A stretch of 32,000 nt of DNA, taken from Candidatus Hadarchaeales archaeon (lineage in GTDB: Archaea; Hadarchaeota; Hadarchaeia; Hadarchaeales; Hadarchaeaceae). Below the pieces are notes generated by a model. The model worked only from the letters and a program-made list of their open reading frames with translations. It did no database searches and was not told where the DNA came from. Below are positions 16,943 to 25,324 of this stretch, piece by piece. The first letter of the stretch is position 1. Each line of letters opens with the position of its first letter. The stretch lies in NCBI GenBank assembly GCA_038823825.1, contig JAWBCC010000001.1, forward strand, positions 1 to 32,000, in the 5' to 3' direction. The translations under genes and the position numbers were made by a program.

Positions 16943-18553
16943 CTAACCTAGCAAAATCTGCTCGAAAACTTCTGATTCGACTTCGTGGGCCATTGGAATT
17001 CCTGTAACCTCTGAGGCAAGTCTTGTCAGCGCAATCAGATCGTCTCTGTTTATTAGATTTAGCTTGAACTTTCTGGCTCCAGCCATCAATTGTTTTAGCC
17101 CCACACCGATTCTGTCCGTTAGGTAGGTGTATACGCCGATCGCCGAAAGAGGAATCCTTTCAAAGTCCTTTCCATATTTCTGTTTCAACTCAGGAATCGC
17201 AACAAAGAATTTTTCAGGTTCAGCTCCAAAATTCTCGGCAAAGTCTTTTGGTAGCTTCCCCTCTCTCGCGAGCTCGATGAAATATGTGGATTTCATCGCC
17301 GCTGTTAGTGGTGCTCTCGCCATTGTTATTGCTTTGACAAACGGTCCATCCCCAAAGTTGCTCATCGCTATGCTCTTGAAGATTTGAGTTTCGTTTATGA
17401 AACCTCCAGCCATGCTTATATCTGGAACATACTTTCCATGTTTCTTTAGAATTTGAGCACACTTCAACACTTGTGCTTCCAAATACACTGTAGGTGTTCC
17501 CATCTCATTCATCATCGGAACTGGACTCATTCCGGTTCCACCACCAGCACCATCGAACGTTATGTAGTCCACTTTCGCTTCGGAAGCAACTTTCATCGTC
17601 CAAGCCACATCTACAGGTCTGTAAGCACCAGTCTTGATGGAAACTTTTTTTGCCCCCTGTTCGCGTAGCCACTCTACGTCTTCGACAAAATCTCTTTCGG
17701 ATGGCATGCCAACCCTACTGTGTCTTTCAAAAGTTTTGAAATATCCGGCCTTAAACGCTTCTTGAACAGCTTTGTCTTCCGGGTCCGGAATAACTAAATA
17801 ACCTCTTTTCTTTAGCGTCAAGGCTCGCTCGATAGAGTTAAGTCTAACTTCTCCTCCAATCGCTTTGGCCCCCTGTCCCCATTTTCTCTCGATTATATTG
17901 ACTTCTAGCTTGGATATCACGTAAACATCAACCCCGAGTCTTTGATCTTCTACATTAGTCTGCACAGCCACATCTCCATGTTTTCCGTCCCAGAACTCTC
18001 TGAATTTTTTAACACGGTGTTCCATATCAGGAGACTTGGATATTTTGCCGTTTGTGAGCTCGGCTTCAGGGTCCATTCCACAGACGTTTTCCCCTATTAT
18101 CAAAATTATTCCGGAGAGGGCGGCTCCAACAGCTAACGAATCCCAGTAGTTCTTTGCAACGGCTGTAGATCCATAAGCTCCAGAAGCCAGCGGGAGCTTC
18201 AGCCGTACCCCACCGAGCTCTGATGTTATATCAACATTTGGGAAAAGTGCAAGATCCGAATCCGCCGGAATTCCCTCGGCCCCACGTAGCCGAGCGAGAA
18301 TGTTGAAGTGCGACCAGTCGAGTCCGTAGTTCTTGAGAGATGCCGCCGTGCTTTGACCGAAATATTCTGGTATCGGATATAAAACCTCTCTACCTCGAAA
18401 CGCTGAAAGACCGATTTCACAGAGAAATGGACATTCCTTTACGCAGATCGGGCACATTCCGCTTGTTGGGCTAACATCTCTGACTCTCGTTCTGGTTCCG
18501 GTAGTCGATTGCGCGTTCAAATACGACGAATTTTTCATCACGCGTTCTGTCAT
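16943..18553 (-). CDS. FMN-binding glutamate synthase family protein (stand-alone GltB FMN-domain homologue with N-terminal Cys cluster)
   Basis: 536 aa. QGAKAIGGE (compare QGAKPGxGG) and FDGAGGGTGMSP (GltB FMN-domain signature). N-terminal CPICVKECPFLCE (Cx2Cx3Cx3C). Confidence 0.75.
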   Translation of the reverse strand: MTERVMKNSSYLNAQSTTGTRTRVRDVSPTSGMCPICVKECPFLCEIGLSAFRGREVLYPIPEYFGQSTAASLKNYGLDWSHFNILARLRGAEGIPADSDLALFPNVDITSELGGVRLKLPLASGAYGSTAVAKNYWDSLAVGAALSGIILIIGENVCGMDPEAELTNGKISKSPDMEHRVKKFREFWDGKHGDVAVQTNVEDQRLGVDVYVISKLEVNIIERKWGQGAKAIGGEVRLNSIERALTLKKRGYLVIPDPEDKAVQEAFKAGYFKTFERHSRVGMPSERDFVEDVEWLREQGAKKVSIKTGAYRPVDVAWTMKVASEAKVDYITFDGAGGGTGMSPVPMMNEMGTPTVYLEAQVLKCAQILKKHGKYVPDISMAGGFINETQIFKSIAMSNFGDGPFVKAITMARAPLTAAMKSTYFIELAREGKLPKDFAENFGAEPEKFFVAIPELKQKYGKDFERIPLSAIGVYTYLTDRIGVGLKQLMAGARKFKLNLINRDDLIALTRLASEVTGIPMAHEVESEVFEQILLG

Positions 18554-18580
18554 GGTTATCTGTTTACGTTTTTACATCCC

Positions 18581-18588
18581 ATATATAA
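18581..18588 (-). promoter_or_regulatory. TATA box (TTATATAT on minus strand) for the glutamate-synthase-like gene
   Basis: Lies 27 nt upstream of ATG 18553, predicting a 3-4 nt leader. It is part of the 11-mer GCTTATATATG, which also occurs at 12153-12163. Confidence 0.45.
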
Positions 18589-18750
18589 GCTTTTTGGTCA
18601 AAAAATACAAGCTGATTTTCAAATTTTTACATTATGTTAAATTTTAACAAAACTTTCTTGACCAAAGGCAAAGATTTCAATAGTGCCGAATGCAACGAAG
18701 CTATTACCGCTTTCAATGGGAAAACTATGACGATCCAGCAGGGGCCGGGG

Positions 18751-18764
18751 AATATAATAATAAA
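18751..18764 (+). promoter_or_regulatory. Candidate TATA region for purN-purD
   Basis: AATATAATAATAAA lies about 75 nt upstream of the purN ATG. This would give a leader of about 50 nt carrying the AGAGGA SD. It is a weak call. Confidence 0.3.
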
Positions 18765-18835
18765 TCGTTTAAAGTTCAAGTGAGAAAATGTGCGAACCGA
18801 AACCAATCTTCTCTCCCCAAAAAGAAAAGAGGAAA

Positions 18836-19528
18836 ATGAAAGTAGTTGTGTTATTCTCTGGAGGTGCGAGTGCTGTTCCCTTCATGCTTGGAAGCGACGA
18901 TTTTGAGGTAGTTGGGGCGATATCTAGTTCGAAAACTGCTAGCGGGGTAGAAAAGTTAAAAAAGCTTGGAATTCCTGTCGAGGTTGTTGACATAAAAGAG
19001 TTCTATGCCGGCAGGCCAATTTCCGATATGAAAGTCAGAAGCGAATATGAGGAAAAGCTTATTCAAATAATAAAGGAAAAAAAGTGGAATCCTGACTTAA
19101 TCGCTTGTTCCGGATACATGTATGTTCTCACCCCTAGATTTCTGCGGGAATTTCCAAATCGTGTTTTAAACGTTCACCCAGCAGATCTTTCCATAACCGA
19201 GGGAGGAAAAAGAAAATATACGGGATTGCACGCGGTGAAAGCTCAGATAGAGGCAGGAGAAAAGGCGACGAGATCGACAATTCACATAATGAACGAGACC
19301 CCTGATCACGGACCAATAGTTGTAATTTCTCCACCTTTACCTGTAGAAGGTAGATTCCCGGAGGAGCAACAGAACTTGATGAAGGAGAAGTGTGATGGGC
19401 CTGCTTATCGAAAGGCATTGGAGTTGATATCAAGGGGTATGGTTGCAATCGATTGCGAAGGAAATGTCTATATCATGAAGAATGGAAAATGGGAGAAAGG
19501 ATTTGTGAGAATGGAGGGGGAACATTGA
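18836..19528 (+). CDS. purN: Phosphoribosylglycinamide formyltransferase (folate-dependent, divergent)
   Basis: MKVVVLFSGG N-terminus. Formyltransferase catalytic motif LNVHPADL (N/H) and ETPDHGPIV (Asp), colinear with PurN over its full length. ATG 18836 follows AGAGGA. The ORF-track start at 18788 adds 16 unlikely residues. Confidence 0.75.
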   Translation: MKVVVLFSGGASAVPFMLGSDDFEVVGAISSSKTASGVEKLKKLGIPVEVVDIKEFYAGRPISDMKVRSEYEEKLIQIIKEKKWNPDLIACSGYMYVLTPRFLREFPNRVLNVHPADLSITEGGKRKYTGLHAVKAQIEAGEKATRSTIHIMNETPDHGPIVVISPPLPVEGRFPEEQQNLMKEKCDGPAYRKALELISRGMVAIDCEGNVYIMKNGKWEKGFVRMEGEH

Positions 19529-20916
19529 TAGGAGTTCTTCTCATAAGCTATGGAAGTCGAGAAGCCTGCATTGCTGAGGCTTTAGCAAAGAGCAATGAAA
19601 AGGTTAGACTTTTCATAGCCGATAAACAGAAGAATCCTTTCAATGTCAAGATAGCCGAAGAAACCGGCGGAGAGCATATCGTGATTCCAGATCTGAGTGT
19701 TGAGTCGATTGTGAATTTTGCGAAGAAACACGCGGATCGGATAGATTTTGGGATTCTCGGTCCAGAAGGGCCCGGACTAAAAGGGTTGCGCGACAAAATT
19801 GAGGCAGAAACAAATATAAAAATGATATGTCCAATTCTTCGCTTCTTCATAGAGCGGAGTAAAGTAGAACAGAGGCACGTAATCCAGAGAGTCTGCCCAA
19901 AAGCAAATCCAAAATTTAAGGTATTCTCTCCCGCCGACTATCGGTCATTGATGGAAGTAAAAAAGGACGTTTTTGATTGGCTCGATACAATCGGCGATGC
20001 CGTAGCGGTTAAACCAGATGCACCGGCAACAGGGAAAGGTGTAGGGGTCTGGGGAGATCACTTTAAATCTAGAGAGGAGATGTTTGAAAAGTTCTTCCTT
20101 CCGAATTTCGAGAAGGGTTCGGTAATCATTGAGGAAAAATTGGATGGTGAGGAGTTTTCTTTGCAGTTCTTGACAGATGGAAAGCATATAGTCCCAACAC
20201 CTGCCGTTAGAGATTACAAAAGATCGTTTGACTGGGATAAGGGCCCAAACACCGGGGGGATGGGCTCTTACAAAAGTATAGGAGAAATTTTACCTTTCAT
20301 GGATGACGAGGATTGGAAGGGGGCAATCAAAATAGGAAAACTTGTACACGATTCTCTAGCTGGTCCATCGGGAAATCCAAATTTGCGCGGGATAATGTAT
20401 TTTGGTTTCATAGCAACAGCAGATGGTGTGAAGGTCTTGGAAATTAACAGCAGGTGGGGAGACCCAGAAGTTATGAACATCTTACCAATTCTTATCGATG
20501 ACTTCGTCGAAGTTTGCTACAGGATGATAGATGGAAACCTTCAACCTCTTCGCTTTCAGGAGAAAGCCACGGTCGTGACTTATGCTGTTCCACTCGATTA
20601 TGGTGGCTATGCGAAATATTCTGGACCAAAACCGGTGAATTTATCGGAGGCCGAAAAGCTTCGTGAGAAATATGGTGATAACATACGAATATATCCCGGT
20701 TCGATGGAAGTCAGGGAAAATCAGACATTTGCCCTTTCCTCTAGAACTGTTGCGGTAGTTGGAATCGCGGAGAGCCTAGAAGAAGCAAGAGAAATTTCGC
20801 TGGAGGGCATAAGAAAAATCGATGGTCCTCTCAGACATCGAGAAGACATCGCTCTACCAGAACACATACAGAGAAGCATCACACACATGCGAAAGCTGAG
20901 GTTTCAGACCTCGTAG
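19525..20916 (+). CDS. purD: Phosphoribosylamine--glycine ligase (divergent N-terminus)
   Basis: ATP-grasp core (VAVKPDAPATGKGV...GGMGSY...EINSRWGDPE). TTG 19525 overlaps the purN TGA (TTGA) and lies 5 nt after GGAGGGGG. N-terminus IGVLLISYGSREACIAEAL compares with the canonical GSGGREHAL. Confidence 0.85.
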   Translation: MIGVLLISYGSREACIAEALAKSNEKVRLFIADKQKNPFNVKIAEETGGEHIVIPDLSVESIVNFAKKHADRIDFGILGPEGPGLKGLRDKIEAETNIKMICPILRFFIERSKVEQRHVIQRVCPKANPKFKVFSPADYRSLMEVKKDVFDWLDTIGDAVAVKPDAPATGKGVGVWGDHFKSREEMFEKFFLPNFEKGSVIIEEKLDGEEFSLQFLTDGKHIVPTPAVRDYKRSFDWDKGPNTGGMGSYKSIGEILPFMDDEDWKGAIKIGKLVHDSLAGPSGNPNLRGIMYFGFIATADGVKVLEINSRWGDPEVMNILPILIDDFVEVCYRMIDGNLQPLRFQEKATVVTYAVPLDYGGYAKYSGPKPVNLSEAEKLREKYGDNIRIYPGSMEVRENQTFALSSRTVAVVGIAESLEEAREISLEGIRKIDGPLRHREDIALPEHIQRSITHMRKLRFQTS

Positions 20917-22394
20917 ATTCTGCCGGTCTCTTTTTCTCCTCGGCTCAGTTTAGCCTTCACTTCATCGGCCAGTTTTTGAGCCAGAGGTGTGGGATATCTG
21001 CATGTTAGGCAACCCAAGCAAAGCTCGTTTTCCTTAAAATTAGTTGCTTTTATGAAGTTTTCCATTGATTGATATCTCACACCGTCAGCTCCAATCGATT
21101 TTGCTATCCCCTCTTCGTCAAATTTATAGCCAATCAGTTCGGAAAAAGTTGCCATGTCTATTCCGTAGAAGCAGGGTGAAATTATCCTCGGAAATGTAAC
21201 ATACATGTAAACCTCTTTGGCTCCGGCGCGTCTTATCTTCTTGACAATGCGTCTTGAAGTATCTCCCCGGACAATGCTATCCTCAACCACTCCTACTCGT
21301 TTTCCGGCAATTTCATTGATTATGTTTAGTTTTTTGTTTATTATCATATCTCTCTCTTCTTCTCGGGATATGAAAGCTCTGTCTGTCAGATATCTGTGTT
21401 TTCGTAGAGATCGCTCCCAACGAATTCCCGTTTCCGCATGCATTCCGTAGGCAGCATCATCGGCTGTCTCTGGAATTGATACGATCACGTCGATTTTTTC
21501 TCTTATGTCGGGGTTTTCTTTTGCAAGGTTCCTCCCAAACTCTTCCCGTATCTTGTAAACCGGCTTGCAACCTTCACGCAAAATAGAATCAGGCCTTGCG
21601 AAGTAAGCAAACTCAAAAGCACAGAAGGCTCTTTTACCAACATCACAGATTTTCTCAACTCGAATGGTATCTTTTGAAACGATGAAAAGCTCTCCTGGCT
21701 TTACCTCTCCCCAAAATTGAAAATCGTTGATGTCGAGTCCAACACTTTCGGAGCTCACAGCAATTATTTCTTCGCTCTCGTTCATTCCGTAGCAGAGTGG
21801 TCTTATACCCAGTGGATCACGGAAAAAGAAAAGTTCTCCCTCTCCAGTCATTCCAGCAACGGAAAAAGCACCCTCAATATCTGTCATACATCTTTGCACA
21901 GCGTCTACTAAGTCTTTCTTTTTCCTAAGTTCAAAGAGGATCTTTCTTCCAATAAGCTCGGCATCAGATGAAGAAGATAGATTACCAAACTCAGATTTCA
22001 GATCCTTTCTAAGTTGTTTAGAGTTAACCAGGTTTCCATTGTATGCTATTGCAATTTTAGTCCTGCCAGATTTGAGTACACATGGTTGGGCGTCTTTTCT
22101 CAACCAGTAGGGCGTGTCTTTTCCAGCGGTTGCGTATCTTACATGTCCAACTCCGACATTTCCCTTCAGTTTCCTAAGAATGAGTTTTGTGACTGGGGCT
22201 CTACTTGGAGGCAGTAATCCAAGGTCGTGATACTGATGAAAATTTCCATTATAAGTGAGAAAACCGTAAGAGTGATGTCCACGATGGTTTTGTGCGATGA
22301 GACCCCAGTAAAGGTAAGGAGCCGCTGATTTGGAATTAAAACAGTAAACTCCGAAGACCCCGCAGGCCTCGGAAATTGTATTGCTCATTTCCAT
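20904..22394 (-). CDS. purF: Amidophosphoribosyltransferase
   Basis: Short propeptide then the Ntn Cys (MEMSNTISEA-CGVFGV). PRPP loop VGVVEDSIVRGDT. C-terminal Cys residues (CLGCLTC) are compatible with the Fe-S type. Confidence 0.93.
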   Translation of the reverse strand: MEMSNTISEACGVFGVYCFNSKSAAPYLYWGLIAQNHRGHHSYGFLTYNGNFHQYHDLGLLPPSRAPVTKLILRKLKGNVGVGHVRYATAGKDTPYWLRKDAQPCVLKSGRTKIAIAYNGNLVNSKQLRKDLKSEFGNLSSSSDAELIGRKILFELRKKKDLVDAVQRCMTDIEGAFSVAGMTGEGELFFFRDPLGIRPLCYGMNESEEIIAVSSESVGLDINDFQFWGEVKPGELFIVSKDTIRVEKICDVGKRAFCAFEFAYFARPDSILREGCKPVYKIREEFGRNLAKENPDIREKIDVIVSIPETADDAAYGMHAETGIRWERSLRKHRYLTDRAFISREEERDMIINKKLNIINEIAGKRVGVVEDSIVRGDTSRRIVKKIRRAGAKEVYMYVTFPRIISPCFYGIDMATFSELIGYKFDEEGIAKSIGADGVRYQSMENFIKATNFKENELCLGCLTCRYPTPLAQKLADEVKAKLSRGEKETGRIYEV

Positions 22395-22425
22395 CGAAAA
22401 AAGTAGACGCGAGATTTAATAATCG

Positions 22426-22905
22426 TTATCCCTTCCTTAGCTCTTCATCTTCTCTCTCGAGTTTGTCCTTCATCTTCCTTTGATATTCCGAAACCTTTTC
22501 ACCGAGTTTCTGGTCTTTCAAAGAAAGAATTTTTGCCGCGGCCAACGCGGCGGATTCTGGTTCCAATATGACTAAAGGAGCTACACCGCTAGGCATTCTG
22601 AGAGAAGAAAATATATCGATCCCGGAAAACTTTTCCGAATATAATGGACAAGCTATGACTGGATATCTCGTATTGGCATCAACCATCCCAGAGAGGGCGT
22701 TAGATCTTCCAGCAATAGTTATATAAACTAGGTTTTCATTCCCTTTCTCGTACTCTCGTAAAATTTCCAAGACTTTTTCAGGAGTCTTGTGCGCCGACGC
22801 GATTCTCAGTTCATAATGAATTCCAAAATCTTTCAAAGTTTTCACGATTTTATCCGCAAATTCAAAATCGGATTTTGATCCCATGATGATAACCACTTTT
22901 GTCAT
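22426..22905 (-). CDS. purE: Class II PurE (AIR carboxylase type, PurK-independent)
   Basis: GSKSD, SAHKTP (class II Lys; class I has SAHR) and AGRSNALSG...YPVIACP...SSLRMPSG. These closely parallel the AIR carboxylase domain of animal PAICS. ATG 22905 is preferred; the ORF-track start is GTG 22908. Confidence 0.88.
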   Translation of the reverse strand: MTKVVIIMGSKSDFEFADKIVKTLKDFGIHYELRIASAHKTPEKVLEILREYEKGNENLVYITIAGRSNALSGMVDANTRYPVIACPLYSEKFSGIDIFSSLRMPSGVAPLVILEPESAALAAAKILSLKDQKLGEKVSEYQRKMKDKLEREDEELRKG

Positions 22906-22926
22906 CACAAAACATTGTTTCTGTTC

Positions 22927-22936
22927 TTTTATAATT
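22927..22936 (-). promoter_or_regulatory. TATA box (AATTATAAAA on minus strand) for purE-purF
   Basis: Lies 21 nt upstream of ATG 22905 (measured from the TTATAAAA octamer), which places the TSS at or next to the start codon, i.e. leaderless. Confidence 0.4.
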
Positions 22937-22993
22937 CCATACGCTCCATGCAGAAGGCTTAAAGATTAGCCTACGATAAATTGATGGATAGAG

Positions 22994-24445
22994 ATGGCAG
23001 AATTCGGCTACGAAACGTTCCTCTCTCCATTCACTTGGAGGTACGGCTCGAAAGAGATGAAACGTTTGTTCTCCGAAGTTTACACGAGAACTCTTTGGAG
23101 AAAAGTATGGCTCGCGCTTGCCGAAGCTCAAGCTGAGTATGGTCTGATCTCTCAGGAGGAATTGGAAGATATTCGATCTAAATCAGGTCCGGAATATGTA
23201 AACATCGAAAGAGCGCATGAAGTCGAAAGAGAAATAAGGCATGATTTGATGGCGGAGATCAAAGTTTTTGCCGAACAGTGTCCAGTTGGAGGAGGCAAGA
23301 TTCATCTTGGCGCCACTTCTATGGATATAGAAGATAACGCGGACGCAATTAGAATAAAAGAGGCTCTAGACATAATCCTCACAAGGCTGATTAATTGTTT
23401 GGACGCTTTATCTGAAAAAATAATCAAGTATAAGGATTTGCCATGCTTGGGATGGACACACATTCAACCGGCCGAGCCGACTACCTTAGGATATCGCTTG
23501 GCGTTTTATGCGCAAGACTTGGTGCTCGACGTGCAGCTTGTGGAATTTCTCATGAACAATCTTGTGAAAGGAAAAGGAATAAAGGGCGCCGTGGGGACTT
23601 CTGCAAGTTTTAAGTTTTTGCTCGGAGAAAAAGGACGTCCGGAAGACTTGGAGAAAAAAGTCATGGAAAAACTTGGAATAAGTTCCTTTCACATTTCGAC
23701 TCAAACATATCCTAGAAAGTTGGATTTTATTCTTTTGAACGTTCTCGCAAGCATTGCTCAGAGTGCTCACAAATTTGGATTGGATTTCCGCCTATTGCAG
23801 TCTCCGGCTTTTGGGGAAATATCAGAACCGATGAAGGAGGCGCAGGTAGGTTCTTCGGCAATGCCGTTTAAAAAGAACCCAATTTCCGCTGAAAGAATGT
23901 GCTCGCTGGCAAGATATGTGTCCGTTTTACCAAAAATCGCATGGGACAATGCCTCACAGACGATTCTTGAAAGGACGCTGGACGATTCCGCAAACAGAAG
24001 AATAGTTCTAGCAGAGGCTTTTCTCGCAATTGACGAATGTCTGATAATCTATGCATGGCTCGCGAGGGGCATGATAGTTTATCCAGAAATGATAAAAAAG
24101 AATTTGGAGAAATTTGCGCCCTTTGCTGCTATTGAACCGATTCTAATGCGTCTTGTTGAACTTGGTGAGGACAGACAAAAAATGCATGAGTATCTGAGAG
24201 AGATTTCAAGAAAAGCTTGGGAGGTCGTCATGCGAGGAGAAAAAAACCCACTTCACGAACTTTTGTCTCAGGATATGCGCATAAAATCAAAGTTGCCCAG
24301 AGAAGAGCTTGACGAGTTTTTCGAAGTAGAAAATTATATTGGCGATGCTCCGGAGCGTTGCGAAAAATTCGTTAAAGAAGTGATCAAGCCGCTATTACAG
24401 AAATATGGAGATAGAGTATGTTTGACAGAAGGCACGAAATTCTGA
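22994..24445 (+). CDS. purB: Adenylosuccinate lyase
   Basis: 483 aa with the fumarate-lyase signature GSSAMPFKKNP and GATSMDIEDN. Confidence 0.95.
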   Translation: MAEFGYETFLSPFTWRYGSKEMKRLFSEVYTRTLWRKVWLALAEAQAEYGLISQEELEDIRSKSGPEYVNIERAHEVEREIRHDLMAEIKVFAEQCPVGGGKIHLGATSMDIEDNADAIRIKEALDIILTRLINCLDALSEKIIKYKDLPCLGWTHIQPAEPTTLGYRLAFYAQDLVLDVQLVEFLMNNLVKGKGIKGAVGTSASFKFLLGEKGRPEDLEKKVMEKLGISSFHISTQTYPRKLDFILLNVLASIAQSAHKFGLDFRLLQSPAFGEISEPMKEAQVGSSAMPFKKNPISAERMCSLARYVSVLPKIAWDNASQTILERTLDDSANRRIVLAEAFLAIDECLIIYAWLARGMIVYPEMIKKNLEKFAPFAAIEPILMRLVELGEDRQKMHEYLREISRKAWEVVMRGEKNPLHELLSQDMRIKSKLPREELDEFFEVENYIGDAPERCEKFVKEVIKPLLQKYGDRVCLTEGTKF

Positions 24446-24454
24446 GGTGTTAAA

Positions 24455-25324
24455 TTGGCTGTAATAATGGATGGCAAGGCACTTGCTGAAGAAATAAAAA
24501 AACAAATCGCTCGGGAAGTTGAAAAACTGAAAATTGAAGGACTCCGTCCATCTCTTGCTGTTGTTATGGTGGGAAAAGATCCTTCCTCGCAGGTGTATGT
24601 TGGGGGAAAGGAAAGGGACTGTAAAGCCGTTGGCATAAATTTCAGGCTCCATCAACTTCCTGAAGACTCAAGTTCGAATGAAGTTGTTCAACTAGTTGAG
24701 AATCTAAATGCCGCGGACGTGCAGGGGATAATAGTACAACTTCCTCTTCCTCCACAAATAGACAAGCGCAGAGTTATCTCGGCTATCGATCCAGCAAAGG
24801 ATGTGGACGGTATTCATCCCGAGAACGTTGGTAAACTCTGGCTTGGTGATTATTCTCTCCAGAATTCGCTCCTTCCCTGCACACCGAAGGGAATTCTCAG
24901 GCTTCTAGATCGTTACAATCTCTCAATAGAAGGAAAGCTGGTTGTAATAATCAACCGGAGCGATCTGGTTGGAAAACCTCTAGCAAAAATGATGCTCGAT
25001 AGGAATGCGACGGTTGTAATTTGCCATTCTAAAACAAGAAATCTATCAGAGAGGACAAAGGAGGCGGATGTTTTGGTTTCTGGTGTCGGCCGTGCCCCAT
25101 CATTCAGGATAGGAAAAGAAATGGTCAAAGAAGGAACAGTTGTAATTGATGTTGGAATTTCCTTTGTCGAGGGTAAGATGGTTGGAGACGTTGATTTTGA
25201 ATCCGTAAAAGATATAGCTTCTTACATAACTCCAGTACCCGGTGGTGTTGGTCCAATGACTCGTGCAATGCTTTTGGAAAATGTTTTGATAGCCACCAAT
25301 CTTCAGAGGGAAAGGAATGTTTAA
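24455..25324 (+). CDS. folD: Bifunctional 5,10-methylene-THF dehydrogenase / 5,10-methenyl-THF cyclohydrolase
   Basis: MAVIMDGKALA N-terminus, YVGGKERDC, and PVPGGVGPMT near the C-terminus. TTG start lies 5 nt after GAGGTG. Confidence 0.93.
   Translation: MAVIMDGKALAEEIKKQIAREVEKLKIEGLRPSLAVVMVGKDPSSQVYVGGKERDCKAVGINFRLHQLPEDSSSNEVVQLVENLNAADVQGIIVQLPLPPQIDKRRVISAIDPAKDVDGIHPENVGKLWLGDYSLQNSLLPCTPKGILRLLDRYNLSIEGKLVVIINRSDLVGKPLAKMMLDRNATVVICHSKTRNLSERTKEADVLVSGVGRAPSFRIGKEMVKEGTVVIDVGISFVEGKMVGDVDFESVKDIASYITPVPGGVGPMTRAMLLENVLIATNLQRERNV

Noticed and set aside
12156-18553. The non-nucleotide block (secreted genes plus the GltB-like gene) as a mobile or integrated island.
   Set aside because: There is no integrase, transposase, tRNA attachment site or flanking direct repeats, and no composition shift is visible by eye. 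The insertion hypothesis is left as a check under the supercluster finding.
18554-18835. Possible purine, ZTP or THF riboswitch upstream of purN-purD.
   Set aside because: I could not find the conserved cores I remember for these classes, for example the ZTP GGGUCGUG...CCGCCUGGGC pseudoknot elements or the purine-riboswitch three-way junction loops. These classes are essentially bacterial. The region is kept only as an unexplained non-coding stretch.
18788-18835. ORF-track start of purN at 18788 (MCEPKPIFSPQKEKRK-).
   Set aside because: It has no SD. The extension is not PurN-like, whereas ATG 18836 follows AGAGGA and yields the canonical MKVVVLFSGG N-terminus.
22952-22969. Small hairpin or palindrome AGGCT-N8-AGCCT upstream of purB.
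   Set aside because: The stem is only 5 bp and overlaps the likely TATA region. It is too weak to call as an operator or structure without comparative data.
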